Source: Acidimicrobiia bacterium (GTDB lineage: Bacteria; Actinomycetota; Acidimicrobiia; IMCC26256; PALSA-610). From it: a stretch of 64,000 bases of DNA. The stretch covers positions 372 to 64,371 of the forward strand of contig JADGOO010000113.1 of the NCBI GenBank assembly GCA_017882905.1, in the 5' to 3' direction. The notes under the pieces were generated by a model, which searched no databases, was not told the origin of the DNA, and saw only the letters and a program-made list of their open reading frames with translations. Positions 9,026 to 17,961 of this stretch are shown here, piece by piece. Position 1 is the first letter of the stretch. Every line of letters begins with the position of its first letter. Both the position numbers and the translations under genes were made by a program.

Positions 9026-10330
9026 ATGACAACCGTTGGCGACCTGCTCGGAGCGTCACTCGCCGCCGCCGGGGTGAGGGTGACGTTCGGGCCTGTGCCA
9101 CTGGCCGGTCTGCCCCACGAGCGCGTCGATGATGCCGATCTCGCCGCGTTGCTGGCCGACGCCGACGGGCGAATCGGGCCGGGACCCGGTGTGGCATTCG
9201 ACGGCCGCCACCTGCGCTTGTCGTCGCGCCCCGGCGGCGAGGACCACGCGCCGGCGACGCTCGACGAGGCACAGCGCGTCGCGGCAACGATCGAACCGGC
9301 GACGCGCGCGGTTCGGAACGCGGCCACGACGCGCATGATCGAGGTCTCCGTGGATCTGGGTGCGGCGATCAATCCGAGGGCACGGCCGTCGCGGCCGGTC
9401 GACTACCTGCCGTTCGCCGGCGCGGTCCTGCCAGCGCACGGCGACGCGCGCGTTGCGATGCTGGTGGGACCGGGCGTCGTGCGGCGCGGCGGCGTGGAAG
9501 GCCTGCGTGCGTTCGCGGCCGCGGGCCAGCTCCCCGTGGCCAACACGTGGGGCGCGAAGGGCGTGTTCACCTGGGACAGCCCGCACCACATGGGTACCTG
9601 CGGCCTGCAGGCCGACGACTTCGCGCTCCTGGGCTTCGGCGACCTCGACCTGCTCATCACAGCCGGACTCGACCGCGACGAAGCGAACGAACAGCTGCTC
9701 GATTCGGTGACCCGCAAGCGGGTCGATGTTGCACCCGAACAGCTCGGCGATCTCGCGCGGCTCGTCGCCGGCAACCGTCATCTCGACGCCGCCAACGCGC
9801 TCTACACGCGTCTCGCGGCGGTGGCCCAGCCGGGCTACGCCGATGACCGCTTCCCGATGCACCCGGCGCGTGCCGTTGCGCAGCTCGCGGCGGCGCGCCC
9901 GACCGGAGGGATCATCGCTGCCGACCCCGGCGCCGTTGGGCTCTGGGTGGCGCGAACGTTCTCGACGACCGAGCTCGCAAGTGTGATCGTTCCCGCGTCG
10001 ACGGCGCCCGGAATCGCCGCGGCGGTCGCGTTCTGCGCGCGGCGCCGCGGTCTCCCCGCCGCCGCGGTCACGCGCGCGCCCCTGGATGCGGCGACCGAGG
10101 CCGTGTGCGCGCTCGCCGACGCGCGGGGCCTCGGCTTCCCGCTGTTCGTGTGGGACGATGGCCGCGACCCGACGGGTCTCACCTCGATCGCCGCTCACGA
10201 GTCGGCTGCGGCGCGTGTCGGCGCCGCCGCCGCCATGACCGCCGTGGAGCGCTTCGTGGTGCCGATCGACTGGACGTGCACCGACGCGTTGGTGACCGCG
10301 GCTGGCTCCGTGGTGGCGTGGCAGTCGTAG
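9026..10330 (+). CDS. Degenerate thiamine-pyrophosphate enzyme (acetolactate-synthase-like fold) lacking canonical catalytic motifs
   Basis: Central domain LPVANTWGAKGVF..DSPHHMG and IIAADPG resemble ALS; no GDG-x24-NN motif. Confidence 0.55.
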   Translation: MTTVGDLLGASLAAAGVRVTFGPVPLAGLPHERVDDADLAALLADADGRIGPGPGVAFDGRHLRLSSRPGGEDHAPATLDEAQRVAATIEPATRAVRNAATTRMIEVSVDLGAAINPRARPSRPVDYLPFAGAVLPAHGDARVAMLVGPGVVRRGGVEGLRAFAAAGQLPVANTWGAKGVFTWDSPHHMGTCGLQADDFALLGFGDLDLLITAGLDRDEANEQLLDSVTRKRVDVAPEQLGDLARLVAGNRHLDAANALYTRLAAVAQPGYADDRFPMHPARAVAQLAAARPTGGIIAADPGAVGLWVARTFSTTELASVIVPASTAPGIAAAVAFCARRRGLPAAAVTRAPLDAATEAVCALADARGLGFPLFVWDDGRDPTGLTSIAAHESAAARVGAAAAMTAVERFVVPIDWTCTDALVTAAGSVVAWQS

Positions 10331-10340
10331 TCTCGTCACC

Positions 10341-11618
10341 ATGCGCACCGAGGACATGGTCATCGTCTCCGTCGACGATCACGTGGTCGAGCCGCCCGAT
10401 CTGTTCGAGGGCAAGCTCGAAGCGAAGTACCGCGATCTCGCGCCGCGCCTCGAGCATCAGCCCGACGGCACCGACGTGTGGCACTTCGCGAACGTCGAGA
10501 TCGCCAACGTGGGGCTCAACGCGGTAGCGGGGCGTCCCAAAGAGGAGTACGGCATCGACCCGACGAGCTTCGACGAGCTGCGCCCGGGCACCTACGACGT
10601 GCGCGAGCGCATCAAGGACATGAACGCGAACGGCGTGCTCGGTTCCCTCAACTTTCCGTCGCTCCCCGGATTCGCCGGCCGCCTGTTCGCCGCCCTCGAG
10701 GACAAGGACGCGGCCTACGCGCTCACACGCGCGTACAACGACTGGCACATCCACGACTGGTGCGGCGCGGCACCCGAGCGCTTCATCCCGCTCGCGATCC
10801 CGCCGATCTGGTCGCCGGAGCAGACCGCCAAGGAAGTGCGGCGCGTCGCCGAGCTCGGCTGCCACGCGCTCACGTTCCCGGAGAACCCCGTTCCGCTCGG
10901 CTTGCCGTCACTGCACTCCGAAGACTGGTTCCCGGTGTGGGAGGCGTGCAGCGACACCGGCACCGTGGTCTGCATGCACATCGGTTCGTCGTCGAAGCTC
11001 GCGATGACGGCAATGGATGCGCCGATCGACGTGATGATCACCCTGCAGCCGATGAACATCGTGCAGTGCGCGGCCGACCTGATCTTCTCGCCGCTGTGGA
11101 AGCAGTTCCCATCGGTGAACGTGGCGCTCAGTGAGGGCGGCATCGGCTGGATCCCCTACTTCCTCGAGCGCCTCGACCACACCTACGAGACCCACCACGC
11201 CTGGACGGGTGCCGACCTCGGCGGCCGTCTCCCATCGGAGATCTTCATGGAGCACGTGATCCTGTGCTTCATCGAAGACCGCTTCGGGGCGCGCCACATT
11301 CGCGAGATCGGCGCCGACCGGATCTGCGTCGAGATCGACTACCCGCACTCCGACGCGATCTGGCCCAATGCACCTGAGGTGCTCGCCGATCACTTCTCCG
11401 CCACGAACCTCACCGACAACGAGGTGGATGCCGTCACCCACCTCAACGCGATGCGCTTCTTCAACTACGACCCGTTCGCCCAGCTGTCGCGCGACGAGTG
11501 CACCGTGAGCGCGCTGCGCGCACAAGCGGTCGGTCACGACGTGAGCATCGTGAGCAAGGGCCGGCGCAGCGAACGTCACGGACCGGTGAGCCTCGCAGAG
11601 CTCACACCCACCGCCTGA
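10341..11618 (+). CDS. Amidohydrolase_2 family protein
   Basis: VSVDDHVVEPPDLF, CMHIGS, ALSEGGIGWIP, EIDYPHSD. Confidence 0.9.
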   Translation: MRTEDMVIVSVDDHVVEPPDLFEGKLEAKYRDLAPRLEHQPDGTDVWHFANVEIANVGLNAVAGRPKEEYGIDPTSFDELRPGTYDVRERIKDMNANGVLGSLNFPSLPGFAGRLFAALEDKDAAYALTRAYNDWHIHDWCGAAPERFIPLAIPPIWSPEQTAKEVRRVAELGCHALTFPENPVPLGLPSLHSEDWFPVWEACSDTGTVVCMHIGSSSKLAMTAMDAPIDVMITLQPMNIVQCAADLIFSPLWKQFPSVNVALSEGGIGWIPYFLERLDHTYETHHAWTGADLGGRLPSEIFMEHVILCFIEDRFGARHIREIGADRICVEIDYPHSDAIWPNAPEVLADHFSATNLTDNEVDAVTHLNAMRFFNYDPFAQLSRDECTVSALRAQAVGHDVSIVSKGRRSERHGPVSLAELTPTA

Positions 11619-11646
11619 GCGCCCCAAGACCGGTATCGTCCCGGCG

Positions 11647-12357
11647 ATGAGCCCCCCTGCCACCGTGGTGCTGGTGCACGGCGCCTGGCACGACGCGCGC
11701 TGCTTCGAACCGCTGGTGCGTGACCTCGAGCGCCGCGGCGTACCGGTCGTCGCGGCTGATCGACCCGGGCACGGCGCGAGCCCCGAACCGCTCGGTGACC
11801 TCGCGGGCGACGCCGCGGCGGTGCGCGCCGTGTTGCGAACCGTCGACGGCCCGGTCGTGCTCGTGGGGCACTCGTACGGCGGCGCGGTGATCACCGAAGC
11901 CGGGAGCGCGCCCAACGTCGCCCATCTCGTGTACGTCACGGCCTTCGTGCTCGACATCGGCGAGAGCGTGATGCACCAAGAGGGCGTCGGTGAGCATCCG
12001 CCCTCCGGTCTCGGCGGCGCCATCACCTTCCGAGACGACGGCACTTCGATCGTCGATGCCGTCCAAGCCGCGGAGATCTTCTACAACGACTGCGATCCTG
12101 GCGTCGCGGCCGGCGCGGCCGAGCACCTTCAACCGCAGGCCACCGCGACGTTCGCCGGAGTGGTCACCGAAGCGCCGTGGAAGCACACGCCGTCGACGTA
12201 CGTGGTGTGCACCGACGACAACGCGGTCGTGCCGTCGCTGCAACGATGGCTCGCGCAACGCTGTACGAACGTGATCGAGCTCGACGCGAGCCACTCACCG
12301 TTCCTGTCGATGCCCGACCGGCTGGCCGACATCCTCGAGGCGATCGCGCTCAGCTGA
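11647..12357 (+). CDS. Alpha/beta hydrolase (family 6, esterase-like)
   Basis: LVHGAWH, VLVGHSYGG nucleophile elbow, ASHSPF. Confidence 0.9.
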   Translation: MSPPATVVLVHGAWHDARCFEPLVRDLERRGVPVVAADRPGHGASPEPLGDLAGDAAAVRAVLRTVDGPVVLVGHSYGGAVITEAGSAPNVAHLVYVTAFVLDIGESVMHQEGVGEHPPSGLGGAITFRDDGTSIVDAVQAAEIFYNDCDPGVAAGAAEHLQPQATATFAGVVTEAPWKHTPSTYVVCTDDNAVVPSLQRWLAQRCTNVIELDASHSPFLSMPDRLADILEAIALS

Positions 12358-13309
12358 GCTGCAACGAGTGGCGCAGGTGGTCGAAGCCGGCCGTACCGTG
12401 CGTGGTGCCGAGCACGTACACCACGATGATGCGGGTGCCGTCGAGGATCACGAAGCCGTCGCCGTCGAGGCCGCTGCGGCTGATCTCGGCACTGATCGCC
12501 CCAAGGCCGTGGTACGACGCCGACTGCGGCACGTCGAGCGAGAAGCCCACGGCTTGGGACGCCATGACGGCAGCCGCGTGCGTGGGTCCCTCGGCGTCGT
12601 CGGTGAGCGAGCTCGGCGGCGCGCTGAGCCACGCCACGCCCACGATGTGGTCGCCCACGGTCGATTCGGCCACCCGGGCGGCCAGCAACGTGCCGCGGCC
12701 GATGGTGACCGTCGCGCCGTGCTCGGCGGGCGTGCCGGGCAGCGACACCGACAGTCCGGCGCCCTGCGGCGCGTAGGTGACGCCTTGGCCCTGCTCGAGC
12801 CACGGCTTGAGCTCGGCGGGAACCGGCGGGTGCGAGAGCTTGTACCAGCCGACGTAACCGCAGGTACCGGCGATGAGCACGGCGATCAGCAGACCCATCG
12901 ACGACAACAGGCCGCCGCTGCGCTTGGCGGGGGCGGCGCTCCCCGTCGCCACGGTGCGACCCTGACCCCGCTCGCTCGGCCGGAGATCGGCCACCACGGG
13001 CGGCGGCGCGGCGTTGAAGGCGGCGACCGGTGCGGGACGCGGCGGCGCCGCAGGCGCCACGGGTGCGTGCGCCACCGACGGCCCGTGGCCGCCCGGCAGG
13101 TGAGCGTGCGCCATGTTGGGAGGGCGCGTTCCGCTTGGTGCGGTCGACGCATGGGTCGTCGGCGGGCTGTACGGGCTCGACGATGCGACCCGGGCTGCGA
13201 CCGTGGCGAGCACGGGTTCGGCGGTCGGCGCCGGGAGCTCGGTCCCGCACCGCTTGCAGGCCGACCAGGCCGCCGGAACGATGTAGTCGCATCCCGGGCA
13301 CGGTCGCAT
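12350..13309 (-). CDS. Hypothetical membrane protein: N-terminal Zn ribbon, Pro/Ala-rich linker, one TM helix, C-terminal domain
   Basis: CPGC...CKRC; hydrophobic GLLIAVLIAGTCGYVGWY segment. Confidence 0.6.
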   Translation of the reverse strand: MRPCPGCDYIVPAAWSACKRCGTELPAPTAEPVLATVAARVASSSPYSPPTTHASTAPSGTRPPNMAHAHLPGGHGPSVAHAPVAPAAPPRPAPVAAFNAAPPPVVADLRPSERGQGRTVATGSAAPAKRSGGLLSSMGLLIAVLIAGTCGYVGWYKLSHPPVPAELKPWLEQGQGVTYAPQGAGLSVSLPGTPAEHGATVTIGRGTLLAARVAESTVGDHIVGVAWLSAPPSSLTDDAEGPTHAAAVMASQAVGFSLDVPQSASYHGLGAISAEISRSGLDGDGFVILDGTRIIVVYVLGTTHGTAGFDHLRHSLQLS

Positions 13310-13429
13310 GCTCGGTGATCGGCCTCTCGTGCGGCGGTATTGAGCCCCGACCTCGGCGGCGGCGATTGCGTCACATTGCGGACGGCACGAGGGGCGGAGG
13401 CGGCCGGTGGAGCCCGTGGCGCGTAACCG

Positions 13430-14989
13430 TCAGCGACGCTCGAACGTCACGCCCGCGGCCTCGCGGTCCCAGGTGGCGGCCGTGATGCCCTCGTCGCGGA
13501 GCTCGTACTTGAGCACCTTGCCGGTGGGGTTGCGGGGCAGATCGGCGCGGAACTCGATGTAGCGCGGGATCGCGAAGTACGGAACCCGGTCGGCGAGCCA
13601 GCGACAGAGATCCTCTGCGGTGAGCGCCACGTCGGACTTGCGCACCACGGTCACCTTCACGTCGTCCTCGCCGACTGCGCTGGCGACCGCATGCACCGCC
13701 ACGTCGGTGAGCCCGGGATGGCCGTACAACACCTTCTCCATCTCGAAGCTCGAGATGTTCTCGCCCCGCCGCCGCAACGAGTCCTTCTTGCGATCGACGA
13801 AGTAGAGGAACTCCTCGTCGTCGACCCGGCCGAGGTCGCCGGTGTGGAACCACAGGTTGCGCCACGCCGCGACCGTGTCGGCGGCCCGGTTCCAGTAGCC
13901 GGCGAACATCAGGTCGGGATGGCGGGGCCGCACGCAGATCTCGCCGGTCTCGCCGACCGGAACGGGGAGGTCGTCGTCGTCGAGGAGCACAACATGGAAC
14001 TCGATCTGGTTCAGCATGCCGGCCGCGCCCGGCTTGTTCTCGACGCCGGGCGGCAGCGCGGCGATCAGGCTCGCCTCGGTCATCCCGAAGCCGCCGCTGA
14101 ACGTGGCGCAGTCGAAGCGCTCGCGCCAGACGCGATCGATGTCGGGCGGCATCGGGGCCGCGGCGCACACACGCAGGCTGTGGCCGGCCATGTCGGGGTG
14201 GTCGTCGGCGTTGGCGATGAGGATCGCAAGGCTGCCGAGCATCGACACCATCGTCGCCTTGGTCCGTTGGATCTCGGGCCAGAAGCCGCTCACCGAGAAG
14301 CGGCGGGCGATGCTGGCGCGCCCGCCGATGATGAGCGTGCCGACCACACAGATCGAGATCGCGTTGAGGTGGAACAGCGGCAACGGCGTCCACACCACAT
14401 CGTCGGGTGTGCGCTGCCACGCACGCGCGATCTGCATGCTCATGCCCACGACGTAGTTGTGCGACAGCATGCAACCCTTCGACGGGCCGGTCGTGCCCGC
14501 CGTGTAGATGAAGCACGCAAGATCGGATGGCCGGAGCGCGGCGTCGGCGACGTCGGGGCCGTCGAGTTCGGCGAGCTGCGAGGCGAGCAGCACCTCGCGC
14601 ACCGCGGGCGTCGACTGCTCGCCCACGACGGCGTGCACTCGATCGGCGAGATCGTCCTGGACCACGACGAGCTCCGCGCCGCAGTCGTCGATCTGATGGC
14701 GGAGGAACTCGCCCTTGTAGGCGTGGTTGATCGGCACCGCGATCGCGCCGAGCCGCAACGTCGCGAAGAAGAGCACGACCTGGTCGGCCGAGTTCTCGAG
14801 CAGGTTGGCCACCCGGTCGCCGTGCTTGACGCCGCGCGCCGCGAGGCCACGCGCCATGCGACGACTCTCGTCATCGACCCGGCGCGCCGACCACGTGTCG
14901 CCGTGAAAGTCGAGGTACTCGCCGTCGGGATCGGCGGCGACGCGCGCCTGGAGGGCCTCGATGATGGTGGTGCGCAGGGGGGCGGTCAC
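13430..14989 (-). CDS. CaiC-like ATP-dependent acyl-CoA ligase
   Basis: FIYTAGTTGPSKG, FGMTE, WFHTGDLG, RRRGENISS, PRNPTGK. Confidence 0.9.
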   Translation of the reverse strand: MTAPLRTTIIEALQARVAADPDGEYLDFHGDTWSARRVDDESRRMARGLAARGVKHGDRVANLLENSADQVVLFFATLRLGAIAVPINHAYKGEFLRHQIDDCGAELVVVQDDLADRVHAVVGEQSTPAVREVLLASQLAELDGPDVADAALRPSDLACFIYTAGTTGPSKGCMLSHNYVVGMSMQIARAWQRTPDDVVWTPLPLFHLNAISICVVGTLIIGGRASIARRFSVSGFWPEIQRTKATMVSMLGSLAILIANADDHPDMAGHSLRVCAAAPMPPDIDRVWRERFDCATFSGGFGMTEASLIAALPPGVENKPGAAGMLNQIEFHVVLLDDDDLPVPVGETGEICVRPRHPDLMFAGYWNRAADTVAAWRNLWFHTGDLGRVDDEEFLYFVDRKKDSLRRRGENISSFEMEKVLYGHPGLTDVAVHAVASAVGEDDVKVTVVRKSDVALTAEDLCRWLADRVPYFAIPRYIEFRADLPRNPTGKVLKYELRDEGITAATWDREAAGVTFERR

Positions 14990-15007
14990 GCCGCCGACGA
15001 TATCGAA

Positions 15008-15025
15008 CCTGACATGGTCGTCACT
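15008..15025. promoter_or_regulatory. Degenerate third copy of the CCTGACA-N4-TGTCAGG site (CCTGACA-tggt-CGTCACT)
   Basis: One perfect and one partial arm at the same spacing, just upstream of the -10 (TATCGT) of the CoA ligase. Confidence 0.45.
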
Positions 15026-15061
15026 CGGCCGCGATGGTCCGGTCGCCCGCGCCCGGCCGAC

Positions 15062-15982
15062 TCAGATGAGCGCCACGAGTGCGTCGCAGTGCGCGTCGAC
15101 GCCGCCGAAGTGCGTCTCGAGCACCCAGGCTCGCTTCAGGTAGAGGTGCACGTCGACCTCCCACGTGAAGCCCATGCCGCCGTGCACCTGCACCGCATCC
15201 TTGCCGTTGCGCACCGCCGCCTCGCCGGCCATCACCTTGGCGACCGACACCGCGCGAGCGAGGCCGCCCGGCTCACCCGACTCGAGCTCGGGGGCATCGA
15301 GGTACGCGCCCGCCGCGTACACGGCCGCGCGCCCGATCTCGACCCGTACCGCCATGTCGGCGAGGACATGCTTGATGGCCTGGAAGGAACCGATCGGCCG
15401 GTCGAACTGGTTGCGCTCCTTGGCGTACGCGACCGACGACTCCGTGAGTCGCTGCGCCATGCCGAGCGCGAACGCGGCGGTGAGCACCGCGCCGCGCCGC
15501 ATCCACTCGGCGGCATCGGCACCGCTCGCCTCGAGGCCGGCGGGCAGCGCGACCCTGGTGACCGGCGTGAGCGGGTCGAGCGGCCAATCGGATGTGGGGC
15601 CCGAGATCGTGGTGGCGTCGAGGGTCGCCATGCCCGGGCCGTCGATCACGACGAGCGCGTCGAGCATGTCGAGATGCTCGACCGTGACGTGCGACTCGCC
15701 TGCCGCGCGCTCCACGACGCCCGTGATCCGCCCGTCGCCCACGAGGAACGAGCCCACGAGGGGACCCGGCACGCACGCCTCGCCCAGCTGTTCGAACACG
15801 ATCACTGCGTCGCTCCACGTGAAGCCGTCGGCGATCAACGAGAACACACCCGCCTCGGCGAGCTCGGCGAAGAGCGCTCGATCGAAGCCGGCGCGGATGC
15901 GGTCGGCACCGAACCGGCCGGCAAGCAGCGACCGGATCCCGTCGCGCAGCGCGATCTGATCGTCGGTGAGGTCGAGGTTCAT
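15062..15982 (-). CDS. Acyl-CoA dehydrogenase, short (beta-type) subunit
   Basis: MNLDLTDDQ, RNQFDRPIGSFQAIKH, QVHGGMGFTWE; 306 aa. Confidence 0.85.
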   Translation of the reverse strand: MNLDLTDDQIALRDGIRSLLAGRFGADRIRAGFDRALFAELAEAGVFSLIADGFTWSDAVIVFEQLGEACVPGPLVGSFLVGDGRITGVVERAAGESHVTVEHLDMLDALVVIDGPGMATLDATTISGPTSDWPLDPLTPVTRVALPAGLEASGADAAEWMRRGAVLTAAFALGMAQRLTESSVAYAKERNQFDRPIGSFQAIKHVLADMAVRVEIGRAAVYAAGAYLDAPELESGEPGGLARAVSVAKVMAGEAAVRNGKDAVQVHGGMGFTWEVDVHLYLKRAWVLETHFGGVDAHCDALVALI

Positions 15983-15986
15983 GGCG

Positions 15987-17123
15987 TCACCTCGGCTCCC
16001 GAGGCAGCCCGAGGACGCGCTCGCTGATGATGTTGCGCTGGATCTGGCTCGCGCCGGCCGCGATCGTGAGCGCCAGCGTGCGCAACCGCTCCTCGACGAG
16101 CTCGTTGCCGTCGATATGGAGCGCGTCGCGGTCGAGCACCCGCAAGCAGAGCTCACCGAATCGCTGACGCGCCTCGGTGTACGCGAGCTTGATCATCATC
16201 GCTCCAGGCCCGGGCGTGCCGCGCTCGGCCTGGCTGACGTTGCGCTTCGTGAGCGACCACAGCGCATCGAAGTCGGCGTAGCAGCGACCGAGCTCGCGGC
16301 GGTGCGCGACGTCGCGCACGAGCGGTGCGACGTCGGCGCAGAGGCGCAGCGAGTCGATCAGCTCGGAGACGAAGGCTGTGCCCCGCTCGTACTTCAGCGT
16401 CACGTTGGTGACCCGCCAGCCGTCGTTCTCGGCACCGACCCGGTTGGCGACCGGCACGCGCACGTCGGTGAGGAACACCTCGCAGAACTCACGGCTGCCG
16501 AGCACGGTCTTGATGGGCCGGATCTCGATGCCGGGCAGGTTCATCGGCAGGATCAGCCACGAGATGCCGCGGTGCTTCGGCGCGTCGGGGTCGGTGCGCA
16601 CGAGGAACTCGCCCACGTCGGCGATGTGGCCGAACGAGCACCAGATCTTCTGGCCGTTGAGCACGTAGTCGTCGCCGTCGCGCTCGGCGCGTGTGCGCAA
16701 CGAGGCGAGGTCGCTGCCCGCGTTCGGCTCCGAGAAGCCCTGGCACCACACCTCGTCGCCGCGCAGGATCTGCGGGAGGTGCGCACGCTTTTGGTCGTCG
16801 CTGCCCTCCTCGATCAACGTGGGGCCGGCATGCAGCGTGCCCACGAAGTTCACGCCGACGTACGGCGCCCGGGCGCGGGTGGTCTCCTCGAAGAACACGA
16901 GCTGCTCGGTCGGCGACGCGCCCTGGCCCCCGTACTCCTTCGGCCAGTGCAAGCCGGCATACCCGCCGTCGAAGAGGCGCTTCTGCCAGTCGGTGTCGAA
17001 GCGCCGGCGCTCCGGCCATGCTTCGCGGTGCGGCATCGGCGCGAGCTTCGGGAGCTCGACGGCCAACCACTCGCGCAACCGGGACCGAAACGCTTCGTCG
17101 GCGTCGGAGGGGCGCAGGTCCAT
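15987..17123 (-). CDS. Acyl-CoA dehydrogenase (alpha-type subunit)
   Basis: WCQGFSEPNAGSDLASL, NGQKIW, TLKYERG, QIQRNIISERVLGLPREP. Confidence 0.9.
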   Translation of the reverse strand: MDLRPSDADEAFRSRLREWLAVELPKLAPMPHREAWPERRRFDTDWQKRLFDGGYAGLHWPKEYGGQGASPTEQLVFFEETTRARAPYVGVNFVGTLHAGPTLIEEGSDDQKRAHLPQILRGDEVWCQGFSEPNAGSDLASLRTRAERDGDDYVLNGQKIWCSFGHIADVGEFLVRTDPDAPKHRGISWLILPMNLPGIEIRPIKTVLGSREFCEVFLTDVRVPVANRVGAENDGWRVTNVTLKYERGTAFVSELIDSLRLCADVAPLVRDVAHRRELGRCYADFDALWSLTKRNVSQAERGTPGPGAMMIKLAYTEARQRFGELCLRVLDRDALHIDGNELVEERLRTLALTIAAGASQIQRNIISERVLGLPREPR

Positions 17124-17190
17124 GGCGGCGGCGAGGCTACCGACGACCCGCGCCGGCCGTCGCATCCCCGCGACTGTCGTTCTGGTGAGC

Positions 17191-17215
17191 CAACGGGTCG
17201 CTGTGCGACCCGTTG
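17191..17215 (-). terminator. Perfect 11-bp stem-loop directly after the response-regulator stop (U-tract-less terminator candidate)
   Basis: caacgggtcgc-tgt-gcgacccgttg. Confidence 0.55.
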
Positions 17216-17217
17216 AC

Positions 17218-17961
17218 TCAAGCAAGCCCTGGTTGGGGGGGTGCGGCGAGCTCGTCGGCGATCCAGCGGTAGCCGATTCCCGGCTCGGTGAGGATGAACC
17301 GCGGCGAGCTCGCGGCATCGCCGAGCTTGCGCCGCAGCTGGGCCACGTAGACGCGCAGGTACTCGCTCTCCGTCCCGTAGCCCTGTCCCCACACCCGCCG
17401 CAACAGCTCCTGGTGCGTGAGCAGCTTGCCGGGGTTCGTCACGAGCGCCTCGAGCAACCCGAGCTCTGTGCGCGTGAGGTGCACCGCTTCGCCGCCCACC
17501 GTCACGAGGCGCCGAGCGAGGTCGATCTCCACGCCGTCGCACTGCACGACAGTGCGCGCGGGCGGCCCACCCGGCGCGCGGCGCAACGCAGCCCGAAGGC
17601 GCGCGAGCAGCTCCTCGGTGTCGAACGGCTTCGTCACGTAGTCGTCGGCGCCGGCGTCGAGCGCCCGCACCTTGTCGGCCTGGCGGTCTCGTGCGGTGAG
17701 CACGATGATCGGAACGGCGCTGAACTCACGAATGCGGGCGAGCACGTCGAGGCCGTCGATGTCGGGGAGGCCGAGATCCAAGAGGAACGCATCGGCCACG
17801 GCGTCGGCCGCGAGCACCACACCCTCTTCGCCCGTAGCGACCTCGCGCACGTCGAAGCCGCGAGCGCGCAACGAAGTGCGGAGCGCGCGGCGCAGTGCGG
17901 CGTCGTCTTCGACCACTGCGATCACATGGCGGGCCGAGTCACCCGGGGCCGCGGCGCTCAC
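17218..17961 (-). CDS. kdpE: KdpE-like OmpR-family response regulator
   Basis: VVEDD, LLDLGLPDIDG, ALDAGADDYVTKPF, NPGKLLTHQELLRRVWG, YLRVYVAQLRRKL, ILTEPGIGYR. Confidence 0.8.
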   Translation of the reverse strand: MSAAAPGDSARHVIAVVEDDAALRRALRTSLRARGFDVREVATGEEGVVLAADAVADAFLLDLGLPDIDGLDVLARIREFSAVPIIVLTARDRQADKVRALDAGADDYVTKPFDTEELLARLRAALRRAPGGPPARTVVQCDGVEIDLARRLVTVGGEAVHLTRTELGLLEALVTNPGKLLTHQELLRRVWGQGYGTESEYLRVYVAQLRRKLGDAASSPRFILTEPGIGYRWIADELAAPPQPGLA

